Position numbers and translations under genes: made by a program. The notes below the pieces were generated by a model. That model had not been told where the DNA came from. It saw only the letters and a program-made list of their open reading frames with translations, and did no database searches. DNA of 64,000 nt, from the NCBI GenBank assembly GCA_963815115.1, contig CAWFFN010000007.1:864001-928000 (forward strand), read 5' to 3'. Origin of the DNA: an uncultured delta proteobacterium. Lineage in GTDB: Bacteria; Desulfobacterota; Binatia; DP-6. The stretch's first letter is position 1; the number at the start of each line of letters is the position of its first letter. This document shows, in pieces, positions 31,453-40,393 of this stretch.

Positions 31453-32346
31453 ATGATGACGCGGGCTGAGGATTCCTGGACGGGCGGCCCGCGCGCGGAG
31501 AATGCGCCGTGGACCGACCGTGACATCGAGCTGCCGGGCCGCGGTCGGACGTCGATCCGCGAAGTCCACGGCCCGGAAGGCGCACCGACCCTGGTGCTGC
31601 TGCACGGGCTCGCCGCGACCGGGCGGCTCAACTGGTTTGCCGCTCTCCGCGCCCTGTCCGAACGCTTTCGTGTGATCGTCGTCGATCACCGTGGCCATGG
31701 CCGGGGGATTCGCACGCACCACTTCCGCCTGGTCGACTGCGCGGACGACGCCGTCGCCGTCGCCGACCACCTCGGCATCGAGTCGCTCATCGCGGTCGGC
31801 TACTCGATGGGAGGACCGATCGCCAAGCTGTGCTGGAGCCGGCACCGGGATCGCGTTCGCGGGCTCGTCCTGTGCGCAACGGCGAATCACTTCATGCGAC
31901 CCGAGGCGCGTGGAGTCGCCAGCGCCGTCTTCCCCGGCATGATCGTCACCGCCAGGCTCATCCCCGGCTTCTTCCGGGACCGGATCATCGATGGGATGAC
32001 TCGCGGCCTTCCCCGGGGTGAGCGACGCGACCGCGTCCGACGGGAGATGGCGAACACCGATCCGGCGACCGTGATGCAGGCGACTCGAGCCGTGATTCGC
32101 TTCTCGTCTCATGACTGGGCGGCCGGCATCGACGTTCCGACTGCGGTCGTGATCACGACCGAAGATCAGCTCGTCCCACCGAGCCGTCAGTACCGCCTCG
32201 CGGCTTCAATCCCGGGGGCAAAGATCTTCGAGGTGGCCGCCGACCACCTGGCGTGCGTGCGGGCGGCGGACCGATTCGTGCCGGTACTCCTGGCAGCCTG
32301 CGAGTACGTCGACGCCCACGCCGCGACGCGCCCGCAGCCCGCGTGA
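31453..32346 (+). CDS. Alpha/beta hydrolase
   Basis: LLHGL, DHRGHG, GYSMGG nucleophile elbow, C-terminal DH. Confidence 0.9.
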   Translation: MMTRAEDSWTGGPRAENAPWTDRDIELPGRGRTSIREVHGPEGAPTLVLLHGLAATGRLNWFAALRALSERFRVIVVDHRGHGRGIRTHHFRLVDCADDAVAVADHLGIESLIAVGYSMGGPIAKLCWSRHRDRVRGLVLCATANHFMRPEARGVASAVFPGMIVTARLIPGFFRDRIIDGMTRGLPRGERRDRVRREMANTDPATVMQATRAVIRFSSHDWAAGIDVPTAVVITTEDQLVPPSRQYRLAASIPGAKIFEVAADHLACVRAADRFVPVLLAACEYVDAHAATRPQPA

Positions 32347-32396
32347 ACACTCCCCCGGCCGCTCAGGACGAGACGACCGTGGTGGGTGCCGCCATC

Positions 32397-32417
32397 GGTT
32401 CAAGTCCCCTCCTCGCA
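32397..32417 (+). repeat. tRNA 3'-end remnant (direct repeat with 36052-36073)
   Basis: GGTTCAAGTCCCCTCCTCGCA versus GGTTCAAGTCCCCCTCCTCGCA. Confidence 0.6.
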
Positions 32418-32584
32418 TGCGATTTCGCAGCCGAATTTCGACGTTGGGTCCACATCCGCGATTTGGGGCCAGGTCAGTCCTTCCCGAAGGGCACCGACCT
32501 TCAGGGGAACGTGAGGGTATTCGCCCTGCGCCCCTACCAGCCCGCCGCGCTTCCGTAACGGGAACCAGGCCCACGCAGCCCAGC

Positions 32585-33757
32585 CTACCTCACGATCGTC
32601 GCGACGATCTGCGCCAGAAGCCGGTTCACCACGATCGCTGTGTCGATCGACCGGTAGTCGCCTGCGGTCGTCACGACGCCGACGTCGAGTTCGGGCACGA
32701 CGAAGATGCGCTGGCCGCCGTTTCCCAATGCGCCGCTCCAGGCGACCTCGCGGCCACGCCACGGGAAGCGTCCGGTCCACCATTGGTAGCCGTAGCCCGC
32801 GCCGTCGGGCGCGACGCCCGCCAGCTCGACGCCCGTCGCGACGTGCGGCCGCAGGGCGTCCGCGACCCATCCTTCGGGCACGACGGGACGATCCCGCCAG
32901 CGGCCGCGACCGAGCACGAGCCGGCCGAGCTTCAGCATGTCGCGCGGCCGCATGCGCAGGCCGGCGTGGGCCAGCGGACGGCCGCGGACGTCCGTGGCCC
33001 ACACCCAGTCCGTGATCCCGAGCGGCGCGAAGAGCTCTTCCCGGGCCAGGTCGGGCAGGGCCCTGCCGGTTGCGCGGGTCAGCAGGGTGGCCAACGCCAC
33101 GGTGCCGCCGCCGTTGTAGTTGAAGCGCGTGCCGGGAACCGCAGCCTGCGGACGGTCGAAAAGGAAGCGGACGGGATCGCGCTTCCAGAGCAGGCGCGTC
33201 TCGTCGCTGGTGAGCGGCGTGGCGTCCCACTCGTTCCATTCGAGCCCGCTGGTCATCGTCAACAGCTGCTCGACCGTGATCGCAGCCCGCTCGCCGGTGC
33301 GCAGATCGGCGAGCTCGGGGAAAGCGTCGAGTGCCGGGGCGGACAGGCTCGCGATGTGGCCGTCATGCAGCGCGATGCCGATCAACAGTCCGACGACGCT
33401 CTTGCTGATCGAACGCAGGTCGTGGCGCACGTCCGCCGCGAAGCGGACGTCGCCGCCGAACGGGTTCGCGATGCCGTAGAGCACGTCGATTGGACGGTCC
33501 GGCCCGGTGCGGTACAGCTCCGCGACGAGCCGGCCGTGCCGCTCGACCAGGACGGCATGCACGTTCGGCTTCCCGGTCGCGACGCCCTGGAGCAGCGCGC
33601 ACAGCGCGCTCGCATCGAAGCCGGCCTCGTCGGGCGTCGCGACCAACCAGTCCGCGTCCGCCGCCGGACCCGCGCAGCCCGTCGGCGCGTCGGCGAGGGC
33701 GACGCGGAAGGTCGCGGCCAAGATCGCCGCCAGGATGAAAAACGCGGATCGTCGCAT
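32585..33757 (-). CDS. Serine hydrolase, beta-lactamase-like (class C/NylB) family
   Basis: SISK (SxxK), FNYN, LLTMTSGL, GYGYQWW, GNGGQ; signal peptide. Confidence 0.9.
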   Translation of the reverse strand: MRRSAFFILAAILAATFRVALADAPTGCAGPAADADWLVATPDEAGFDASALCALLQGVATGKPNVHAVLVERHGRLVAELYRTGPDRPIDVLYGIANPFGGDVRFAADVRHDLRSISKSVVGLLIGIALHDGHIASLSAPALDAFPELADLRTGERAAITVEQLLTMTSGLEWNEWDATPLTSDETRLLWKRDPVRFLFDRPQAAVPGTRFNYNGGGTVALATLLTRATGRALPDLAREELFAPLGITDWVWATDVRGRPLAHAGLRMRPRDMLKLGRLVLGRGRWRDRPVVPEGWVADALRPHVATGVELAGVAPDGAGYGYQWWTGRFPWRGREVAWSGALGNGGQRIFVVPELDVGVVTTAGDYRSIDTAIVVNRLLAQIVATIVR

Positions 33758-33784
33758 TGGCTTGGCAGCCCGAGGGGCGGAATA

Positions 33785-33900
33785 TAGCTGAGCCAGCTTT
33801 CCCGGACACCTTCGGTGCGACCTCGGCCGCCAGGTTCCGCGTCATCACGTCGAGCGCCGCCTTCGCGGCGCCGTACGCAAAGGAGCTCGGCTACACCATG
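33785..33900 (-). pseudogene. SDR oxidoreductase fragment
   Basis: Reads PSSFAYGAAKAALDVMTRNLAAEVAP (YxxxK helix) with an in-frame TAG just upstream and no N-terminal Rossmann motif. Confidence 0.6.
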
Positions 33901-34052
33901 TCGCTCGTGCGCCACTGCCGGCCATCTCGACCCGTAAGGCGGAGATTGCATGGGTCAGGCACGGACACCTCGACCAGCCCGCCTTCATGGGTGTCGTAAC
34001 GTCCCGAAGTCGGACGCAGGCCCACCACGCGCGCGGCGCGGACGGAGCGCCT

Positions 34053-34799
34053 TCAGAAGGCCGACCGCACCGGCCGGGCGTGTGCCGCCACGCTCGGCGA
34101 GCCGACGCCCAGGGCCCCGTTCTGGAAGTTCACGAGGAATCCGGTGGTGCCGTCGTCCGTCGTCGACGCCCAGTAGAACGCGGGGAGCGTCAGCCCGAAG
34201 ACCGGATCGATGCAGGGTCCGCCCATCTGGCAGGCGACCGTGGTCGTGTCCACGATCGTCAGCAACTCGATGATCGTCGGCGAGCGCCAGTCGCTGTGCG
34301 AGCCGCCCCCGGGCACCGGGGTGAGGGTCGTACCGTTGGTGCTGGTGCCGGTGAGGGACGCGGCCGCCCCCGCCGCACCGTCCAGCGTGAACGTGTTGTC
34401 GGCATCGAGAACGTCGAACACATTGGTGAAGCCGTCGAGCGCATCCTGCTTGGCCCACATGAGCCCCGTGTCGAAGTCCGTGACCGTGTTGTCCCCGTTG
34501 TCGCGATAGCGGCAGGGGATCGCGGACGCGGCCGCCTGGGCACGGATCGCGTCCATGACCGTCGCGAAGCGCTCCTGGCACGCGGCGCGATCTGCGCCCC
34601 GTCCCTGCGCGACCTTGGCCTCCGCGTTCCGCTGGCACTGCCGTAGATTGCCCCACGCCTTCAGCTTCTTCGCGAGGCAGTCCGGCGTCGTGATCGCTCG
34701 CGCCGGCGCGATGCCGCCGGCGAGCACCATCCAGGCAGCGACCGCGGCGACGACCGTGCCGCGGCCGCGCACCCCTCTCTCACCCGTGACCGTTCGCAT
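34053..34799 (-). CDS. Secreted DUF1566 (Lcl C-terminal) domain protein, paralog 2
   Basis: YRDNGDNTVTDFDTGLMW, DWRSPTIIEL, YWAST, terminal RPVRSAF. Confidence 0.88.
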   Translation of the reverse strand: MRTVTGERGVRGRGTVVAAVAAWMVLAGGIAPARAITTPDCLAKKLKAWGNLRQCQRNAEAKVAQGRGADRAACQERFATVMDAIRAQAAASAIPCRYRDNGDNTVTDFDTGLMWAKQDALDGFTNVFDVLDADNTFTLDGAAGAAASLTGTSTNGTTLTPVPGGGSHSDWRSPTIIELLTIVDTTTVACQMGGPCIDPVFGLTLPAFYWASTTDDGTTGFLVNFQNGALGVGSPSVAAHARPVRSAF

Positions 34800-34826
34800 G
34801 ATGTCCTCCTTGGCGGAGCGCGCTCG

Positions 34827-35573
34827 TCAGAAGGCCGAGCGCACCTCGCGAAAGTGTAGATCGCCGAGCGGGTTGCTGAACTCGATGACGCCGTTGAAGA
34901 AGTCCACGAACGCCGCGGGGCTCGGGCCGTTCTGGGCCCTGGTGGCGGACCAGTAATCGTGCGGCGACGTGCCGCCGAAGAGCGGATCGATGCACGCGCC
35001 ACCCATCCGGCAGCCGGGCGCGGCGGGGTCCACGATGCCCTCGAGCTCGACGATCGTGGGCAAGCGCCAGTCGGTGTACGACCCGTTTCCGGGCACGGGG
35101 ATGATGGTCGTGCCCGACGCGCTCGTCCCCGCCAGCTTGGCGGCGGTCTCGGCGGCCGTCTGCCACGGGAACGCGTTGTCGGCGTCGAGGATGAACGGGC
35201 TCGGGTTCCCGTCGAACGCGACCTGCCGCACCCACATGAGGCCGGTATCGAAGTCGGTGACGGTGTTGTCACCGTTGTCGCGATAGCGGCACGGGACCGC
35301 GGAGGCGGCGGCCTCGGCCCGGAGCATCTCGGCCTTCCTGTCGAACGCCGCCTGACACTTCGCGGGGTCCGCCGACCTCCCCTGGATGGTCTTCGCCTCC
35401 TCCTGCCGCTGGCACTTCCGCAGGCTGCCCCACGCCTTGAGCCGCTGGGAGAAGCAGCCCGCAGACGTGATCGCCGTCGCCGGGACGGCGCTCCCTGCCA
35501 GCACCATCGCTGCCGCGACCGCGGCGACGACCGCGGGGCCCCGCCTGCCTGCTTCACGCATTCCGGTCCGCAT
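34827..35573 (-). CDS. Secreted DUF1566 (Lcl C-terminal) domain protein, paralog 1
   Basis: YRDNGDNTVTDFDTGLMW, DWRLPTIVEL, YWSAT, terminal REVRSAF; RBS GGAGGAGG. Confidence 0.88.
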   Translation of the reverse strand: MRTGMREAGRRGPAVVAAVAAAMVLAGSAVPATAITSAGCFSQRLKAWGSLRKCQRQEEAKTIQGRSADPAKCQAAFDRKAEMLRAEAAASAVPCRYRDNGDNTVTDFDTGLMWVRQVAFDGNPSPFILDADNAFPWQTAAETAAKLAGTSASGTTIIPVPGNGSYTDWRLPTIVELEGIVDPAAPGCRMGGACIDPLFGGTSPHDYWSATRAQNGPSPAAFVDFFNGVIEFSNPLGDLHFREVRSAF

Positions 35574-35692
35574 GACGTCCTCCTCCGAAGGTGATCCCTC
35601 TGCCCGGAGGGGCGCGAAATGTACGCGCCTCACCGGCACACGCTGGTGCGCCCGAAGATCGCGGACGCGAGGGGTGCCCTTCGGATCGATGA

Positions 35693-35721
35693 CGCTACTT
35701 CTCGGGTAGCGGGCCGCTACC
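35693..35721 (-). promoter_or_regulatory. Recurrent motif, copy 3
   Basis: Minus strand GGTAGCggcccGCTACCcgagaaGTAGCG, about 119 bp upstream of ATG 35573. Confidence 0.65.
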
Positions 35722-35947
35722 TTCGGAGTTCGGCCGCCTGCGCGGGAAGCAGATGGACGGGACGATGGGGCTATTCGTCCTTCGTCCCGTACCCGCCCTC
35801 TGCCCGGCGCCTATCGGGGTCACCTGGGGGCACCGGACAAGGACGCGGAGCCGCGCGCGAATAGCCGGCCTCATCGGCGGGCTCCCGATAGCCCCTACGC
35901 CATCGGCCTCTCCGTTGCCGCGGTTCACATCACGATCGCCATCGCGC

Positions 35948-36010
35948 AGAGGTGGACCCCCGGGGTCCACCTCTTGCCCGTTCTCGCCCGTTCTCGCCCG
36001 TTCTCGCCCG
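35948..36010. repeat. 13-bp inverted repeat followed by a 10-bp tandem repeat (GCCCGTTCTC x3.5)
   Basis: AGAGGTGGACCCC-C-GGGGTCCACCTCT at 35948-35974; tandem units at 35976-36010. Confidence 0.8.
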
Positions 36011-36048
36011 CGCTGCCGCGAGAATCCTGGGATTTTTCAGGAAGACCG

Positions 36049-36074
36049 GGGGGTTCAAGTCCCCCTCCTCGCAC
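36049..36074 (+). repeat. tRNA 3'-end remnant (T-arm plus acceptor strand, Leu-like), att-like
   Basis: GGGGG-TTCAAGT-CCCCC-TCCTCGC-A-C with no 5' half upstream. Confidence 0.7.
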
Positions 36075-36137
36075 TGATCCTGCGTTGCGCGTCGCGTCCT
36101 CTTGCCGGGTGAACGCGCGCGGGGTACTCGCCCCGGG

Positions 36138-37925
36138 ATGCCGACCGCATCCGAAGCGTCCACGGTGGCCGAAGCCTTTCGCCGCACGGTCGCGGCGACG
36201 CCCGATCGCGTCGCCGTCCGCACCCTCGACGATGCCGTCTCCCTCACGTGGGCAGCCCTGGCCCAGCGCGTCGACGCCGTCGCCGGCGGTCTCGCCAAGC
36301 TCGGGGTCCGTCGCGGCGATACGGTGGCGCTGCTGATTGGCAACCGGCCGGAGTTTCACCTGGTCGATCTCGCGGTCACCACGATCGGCGCGACGCCGTT
36401 CTCCATCTACCAGACGCTGCCCCCCGAGCAGATCGCGTACGTCGTGAGGGACGCCGGCGCGCGTCTCGCCATCGCCGAGACGGCACTGCTCCCGAACTTG
36501 CTCGCCGCCCGCCGCGAGCTGCCCGGCCTCGAGCGCGTCGTCGTGATCGGTGCCGGCGAGACGGGCACGATTCCGCTCGGCGAGGTCGAAGGATCCAACC
36601 CGGGCTTCGACGTCGAGGCGGCATGGCGCGCCGTCACGCCCGAGGACGTCCTCACGCTGATCTACACGTCGGGGACGACGGGCCCGCCGAAAGGCGTCCA
36701 GCTCGTGCACCGCAACATCATGGCGACCGCGCGCGTGCTGCGGCAGGTGATCCCCGTTCCGGAGGGCGGCCGGGTGATCTCGTGGCTGCCGTCGGCGCAC
36801 ATCGCCGAGCGTGCCGCCCACCACTACCTGCCGCTGATCTTCGGGCTCACGATCACCACCTGCCCCAATCCGAAGGAGCTCCTGACGTACCTGTCGGCGG
36901 TGCGGCCGCACTGGTTCTTCGCCGTGCCGCGGATCTGGGAGAAGATGAAGGCCGGCCTCGAGGCGCGGCTGGCCGGACTCCCCGACGAGCAGCGCGGACG
37001 GTTCGAGGCGGCATTCGCGGCCTCGCTCGAGAAGGTCCGCCTCGAGCAGGCGGGCTCGCCGGTGCCCGCCGCACTCGCCGCCCGGGTGGCGGAGGCCGAT
37101 GCCGGCATCTTTGCCATGCTGCGCTCCATACTGGGGCTCGACGTAGCGGTATCCGTGAACGTCGGCGCAGCGCCGACGCCGCGCGAGGTGCTCGAGTTCT
37201 TTCACGCCCTGGGCATTCGTGTCGGGGAGCTGTGGGGGATGTCCGAGACCACGGGCGCCGGCACCGTCAACCCGCCCGAGCGCATGAAGCTCGGTACGGT
37301 CGGCAAACCGGTCCCGGGCGTGGAGATCAAGCTCGCCGCGGACGGCGAAGTCCTCATTCGCGGCGACGTCGTGATGATCGGCTACCGGAACATGCCGGAG
37401 AAGACGGCCGAGGTGCTCGATCCCGATGGCTGGCTCGCCACCGGCGACGTGGGCGAGATCGACGCCGACGGCTACCTCCGGATCATCGATCGCAAGAAGG
37501 AGCTCATCATCAACTCGGCGGGCAAGAACATGTCGCCCGCCAACATCGAGAGCGCCCTCAAGGGCGCCAGTTCGTTGATCGGTCAGGTGTGCGTGATCGG
37601 CGACGCCCGGCCCTACAACACGGCGCTCGTCGTGCTCGATCCCGATTACGCGGCTACATGGGCGGCGCAGCGGAGCATTGCGGACACATCGCCCGCCGAC
37701 CTGGCGCGCGACGCCCGCATGCAGGCCGCCGTCCAGGAGGCCGTGAACAGGGCCAATGCGCGGCTGTCGAGAGTCGAGCAGATCAAGCAGTTCCATCTCG
37801 TGCCCGGTGACTGGATGCCGGGTGGCGACGAGCTCACGCCCACGATGAAGCTCAAGCGCAAGCCGATCTCGGAGAAGTACGCCCGCGAGATCGAGGCGAT
37901 GTACGCCGGTCGTGCCGAGGGGTGA
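36138..37925 (+). CDS. fadD: Long-chain fatty acid--CoA ligase
   Basis: IYTSGTTGPPKG, WGMSET, GWLATGDVG…IIDRKKELII…GKN, ELTPTMKLKR. Confidence 0.93.
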   Translation: MPTASEASTVAEAFRRTVAATPDRVAVRTLDDAVSLTWAALAQRVDAVAGGLAKLGVRRGDTVALLIGNRPEFHLVDLAVTTIGATPFSIYQTLPPEQIAYVVRDAGARLAIAETALLPNLLAARRELPGLERVVVIGAGETGTIPLGEVEGSNPGFDVEAAWRAVTPEDVLTLIYTSGTTGPPKGVQLVHRNIMATARVLRQVIPVPEGGRVISWLPSAHIAERAAHHYLPLIFGLTITTCPNPKELLTYLSAVRPHWFFAVPRIWEKMKAGLEARLAGLPDEQRGRFEAAFAASLEKVRLEQAGSPVPAALAARVAEADAGIFAMLRSILGLDVAVSVNVGAAPTPREVLEFFHALGIRVGELWGMSETTGAGTVNPPERMKLGTVGKPVPGVEIKLAADGEVLIRGDVVMIGYRNMPEKTAEVLDPDGWLATGDVGEIDADGYLRIIDRKKELIINSAGKNMSPANIESALKGASSLIGQVCVIGDARPYNTALVVLDPDYAATWAAQRSIADTSPADLARDARMQAAVQEAVNRANARLSRVEQIKQFHLVPGDWMPGGDELTPTMKLKRKPISEKYAREIEAMYAGRAEG

Positions 37926-37945
37926 GCGGTCCTGGCGAGGGGGGC

Positions 37946-38944
37946 CTACCTGCCGACCGGGCGGGCACGGCGCAACACCCACAGGCGCACGCGCCCGAGA
38001 CCGCGCAGGTTGACCGGCCGCAGGTGGCGCAGCTCGAAGCGCGGGTGGTCGACCAGCTGTTGCCCGAGCTCTTCGGAGATCAGCACCGTGTTCGGCCTGG
38101 CGAGGTTCACGAGACGACTCGCCAGATTGACCGTCGGCCCATACAGGTCGCCTTCCCAGGCAAGCGTCGGCCCGCTCGCAAGGCCGACCCGGACCTCCGG
38201 CACGTCGGCGTCGTGGGCATAGGCCTCGGCGAGCGCGATCGCGATGTCGGCACCCCGACCGACGTCGTCGGCCACGAACATGACCTCGTCGCCGATCATC
38301 TTCACCACGCGACCGCCGCGTTCGGGGATGTGCTCGTAGGCGAGCGCCTCGAAGCGGTCCACCATCGTCGCGAGCTCGTGGGGTGCCAGCGCGAGGCTCA
38401 GGGTCGTGAACCCGACGAGATCCGCGAACCCCACGGCGAGCGACCTGTCGGCGCTCGATGGCTTGGCCGCCCAGCGCCGGAGGGCAGCGAGCAGATGCCG
38501 GCGCCACACGTAGCCGAGGAACTGCTCGAGGCTCGGGGCAAGCGCTTCCATCCGGCCGATGACCGCTTCGACGGCCGCGTCGTCGGACGGCGCTTCGTCA
38601 TGGAGACGCCCCAGGCGCCCCGCGGCGGCGGTCACCTGGGCGTCGGCAACGCGCGCCAGCGACTGCCCGATGACCCGGGAGAGCTGCAGCAGATCATCGC
38701 GGTTCGCGCTTTGCACCTCGACGAGCGCGCGCACGGCGCGCACGATCTCGATGTCCGCATGCGTGAAGACGTGATCGCCCTCCGGGACGGGCGGAAAGCC
38801 GAGAGCAAGCCACAGGCGCCGCGCTTCCGCGGGGTCGACACCTGCCTGCCGGGAGACATCGAGGGACGTGAACGCGAGCGTGCCCAGCAAGGCTTCGGTG
38901 AGACGGCCCCACGGGTCGGACGTGTCCATGCTCGAATCCCCCAT
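37946..38944 (-). CDS. Class III adenylate/guanylate cyclase with N-terminal regulatory domain (Rv2212-like)
   Basis: GFADLVGFT, VKMIGDEVMF, GDLYGPTVNLASRL; N-terminal RRLWLALGFP. Confidence 0.92.
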   Translation of the reverse strand: MGDSSMDTSDPWGRLTEALLGTLAFTSLDVSRQAGVDPAEARRLWLALGFPPVPEGDHVFTHADIEIVRAVRALVEVQSANRDDLLQLSRVIGQSLARVADAQVTAAAGRLGRLHDEAPSDDAAVEAVIGRMEALAPSLEQFLGYVWRRHLLAALRRWAAKPSSADRSLAVGFADLVGFTTLSLALAPHELATMVDRFEALAYEHIPERGGRVVKMIGDEVMFVADDVGRGADIAIALAEAYAHDADVPEVRVGLASGPTLAWEGDLYGPTVNLASRLVNLARPNTVLISEELGQQLVDHPRFELRHLRPVNLRGLGRVRLWVLRRARPVGR

Positions 38945-38999
38945 ACACCGGGCGTTTCCGCCGCGATATGGCGGGCAAGGAGCCGACCCCGATCGGCGA

Positions 39000-39836
39000 T
39001 CACGCTCGCGTGCGGGCCCGGCGCCCGAATCGATCGATCATGCGGGGCAGCAGCGCGCGGTCTGGGTCCCGCTCGCGTTCCACCAGGAGCGCAGTGATGC
39101 CCGCCTCGATGGCGAGGCGCACCCGCTCCCGCAGCGCGAAACAGACCTGCTCGTCGCCCGCCTGGCCGGCGAGCGGCTCCGTCTCGATGGCGGGTGCGAA
39201 GCGAAAGTAGAAGCGCTCCGGCCGCGGCAGCATGGTCGGGCCGATCCCGCGCACGACCGGCGCGACGACATCGGCTCGAGGTGTGAGCTGACGGATGAGC
39301 GGCCCGACCGGCGACGCCAGGAGTTCGTCCGCGTCGATCAGGATGTCGAACGCGTCCTCGGCTCCGACGGCGGAGAACGGCACGATCGAGTAGCCGTGCT
39401 CGATCGCCAGGTGCGCGAACCCCGTGCGCTTGCCCCAGAGAAGCCGGTACTGCTCGCCCTTGCGCTTGAAGACCTCCCGGGCGCCGCCCGGGAAGACCAG
39501 AATCGATTCCCGCTCGGCCATGAGCGCGTGCACGACTTCGGGTGTACCGTCGACGACGCCGAAGCGCGCGAGGAGGTCGCGCCAGACCGGAACCCGGAAA
39601 TGCAGATGATCGCCGAGGGCTCGTACGAATACCCCGCGGCGCTCGTGGAGCCCGAGCACCATGAGCGGGGCGTCGAGAACGCCCATGAGCGTGTGGTTCC
39701 CTGCGAGGAGGAAGGGCCGATCGGCGGGAACGTGCTCGAGCCCCTCGAAGCACGGCGCCGTCATCCAGCGCCACGGCGCGAGGACGAGGCGGGCCGCCTC
39801 GATCTCGGCTCGAGTCGGTCGGTGCCCGACGGTCAT
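39000..39836 (-). CDS. Lysophospholipid/DAG acyltransferase family protein
   Basis: GNHTLMGVLD, LVFPGGARE, RTGFAHLA, IVPF. Confidence 0.9.
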   Translation of the reverse strand: MTVGHRPTRAEIEAARLVLAPWRWMTAPCFEGLEHVPADRPFLLAGNHTLMGVLDAPLMVLGLHERRGVFVRALGDHLHFRVPVWRDLLARFGVVDGTPEVVHALMAERESILVFPGGAREVFKRKGEQYRLLWGKRTGFAHLAIEHGYSIVPFSAVGAEDAFDILIDADELLASPVGPLIRQLTPRADVVAPVVRGIGPTMLPRPERFYFRFAPAIETEPLAGQAGDEQVCFALRERVRLAIEAGITALLVERERDPDRALLPRMIDRFGRRARTRA

Positions 39837-40118
39837 TGTACCGCTCTCAGTGACGCTGCAATCGGTGCGGCGTGTGTGCGTTCACGAGGGCGCCGAGACA
39901 CGAGCGGGCGAGGCGAGGAGCGCCACGCCGGCACGAGCGCGAGATCGGGGCGTCACCCTGCCCATCCGAGCCTGAAATCAGCCCGACGACGTATGCTTGT
40001 CAACGACGCTGCCGGCCGGTGGCCCGACTCGCCCCCCCGGCATCCATCCGCACACGTGGCGAACGGCACCAGGCGCGATGCCGTGCAAAGTGACCTGCAT
40101 CGTTGCTAGGATGGACGT

Positions 40119-40385
40119 ATGAGCGGACACCTCCTCCTCGCCGTCGTCTCCGTCGCTGCAGCCGCGGTCACCATGGCGGCTGGCGCGGTCGGGGCAGCGA
40201 TCGGCGAGAGCCGCATCGCCTCGGCGGCCATGGACGCCCTCGCCCGGCAGCCGGACGAGGCTTCGTCCATCACCCGCACGCTGTTCGTGAGCCTCGCCAT
40301 GGTGGAGTCGACCGCGATCTTCTGCCTCGTGGTCGCGCTCATCCTGCTCTTTGCCAATCCGTTCGTGAGCATCACGGGCGGCTGA
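40119..40385 (+). CDS. atpE: N-ATPase subunit c
   Basis: GESRIA…ARQP…LFVSLAMVESTAIF…FANPF. Confidence 0.95.
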   Translation: MSGHLLLAVVSVAAAAVTMAAGAVGAAIGESRIASAAMDALARQPDEASSITRTLFVSLAMVESTAIFCLVVALILLFANPFVSITGG

Positions 40386-40393
40386 CGGAGCCC

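Noticed and set aside
35976-36010. CRISPR-like array
   Set aside because: A 10-bp tandem repeat without spacers; no cas genes in the window.
36049-36074. Complete tRNA gene
   Set aside because: Only the T-arm and acceptor 3' strand are present; no D-arm or anticodon arm upstream.
40064-40090. Sigma-54 promoter for the ATPase operon
   Set aside because: The GG…GC spacing is 11 rather than 10; TAGGAT just before the ATG is a simpler explanation.
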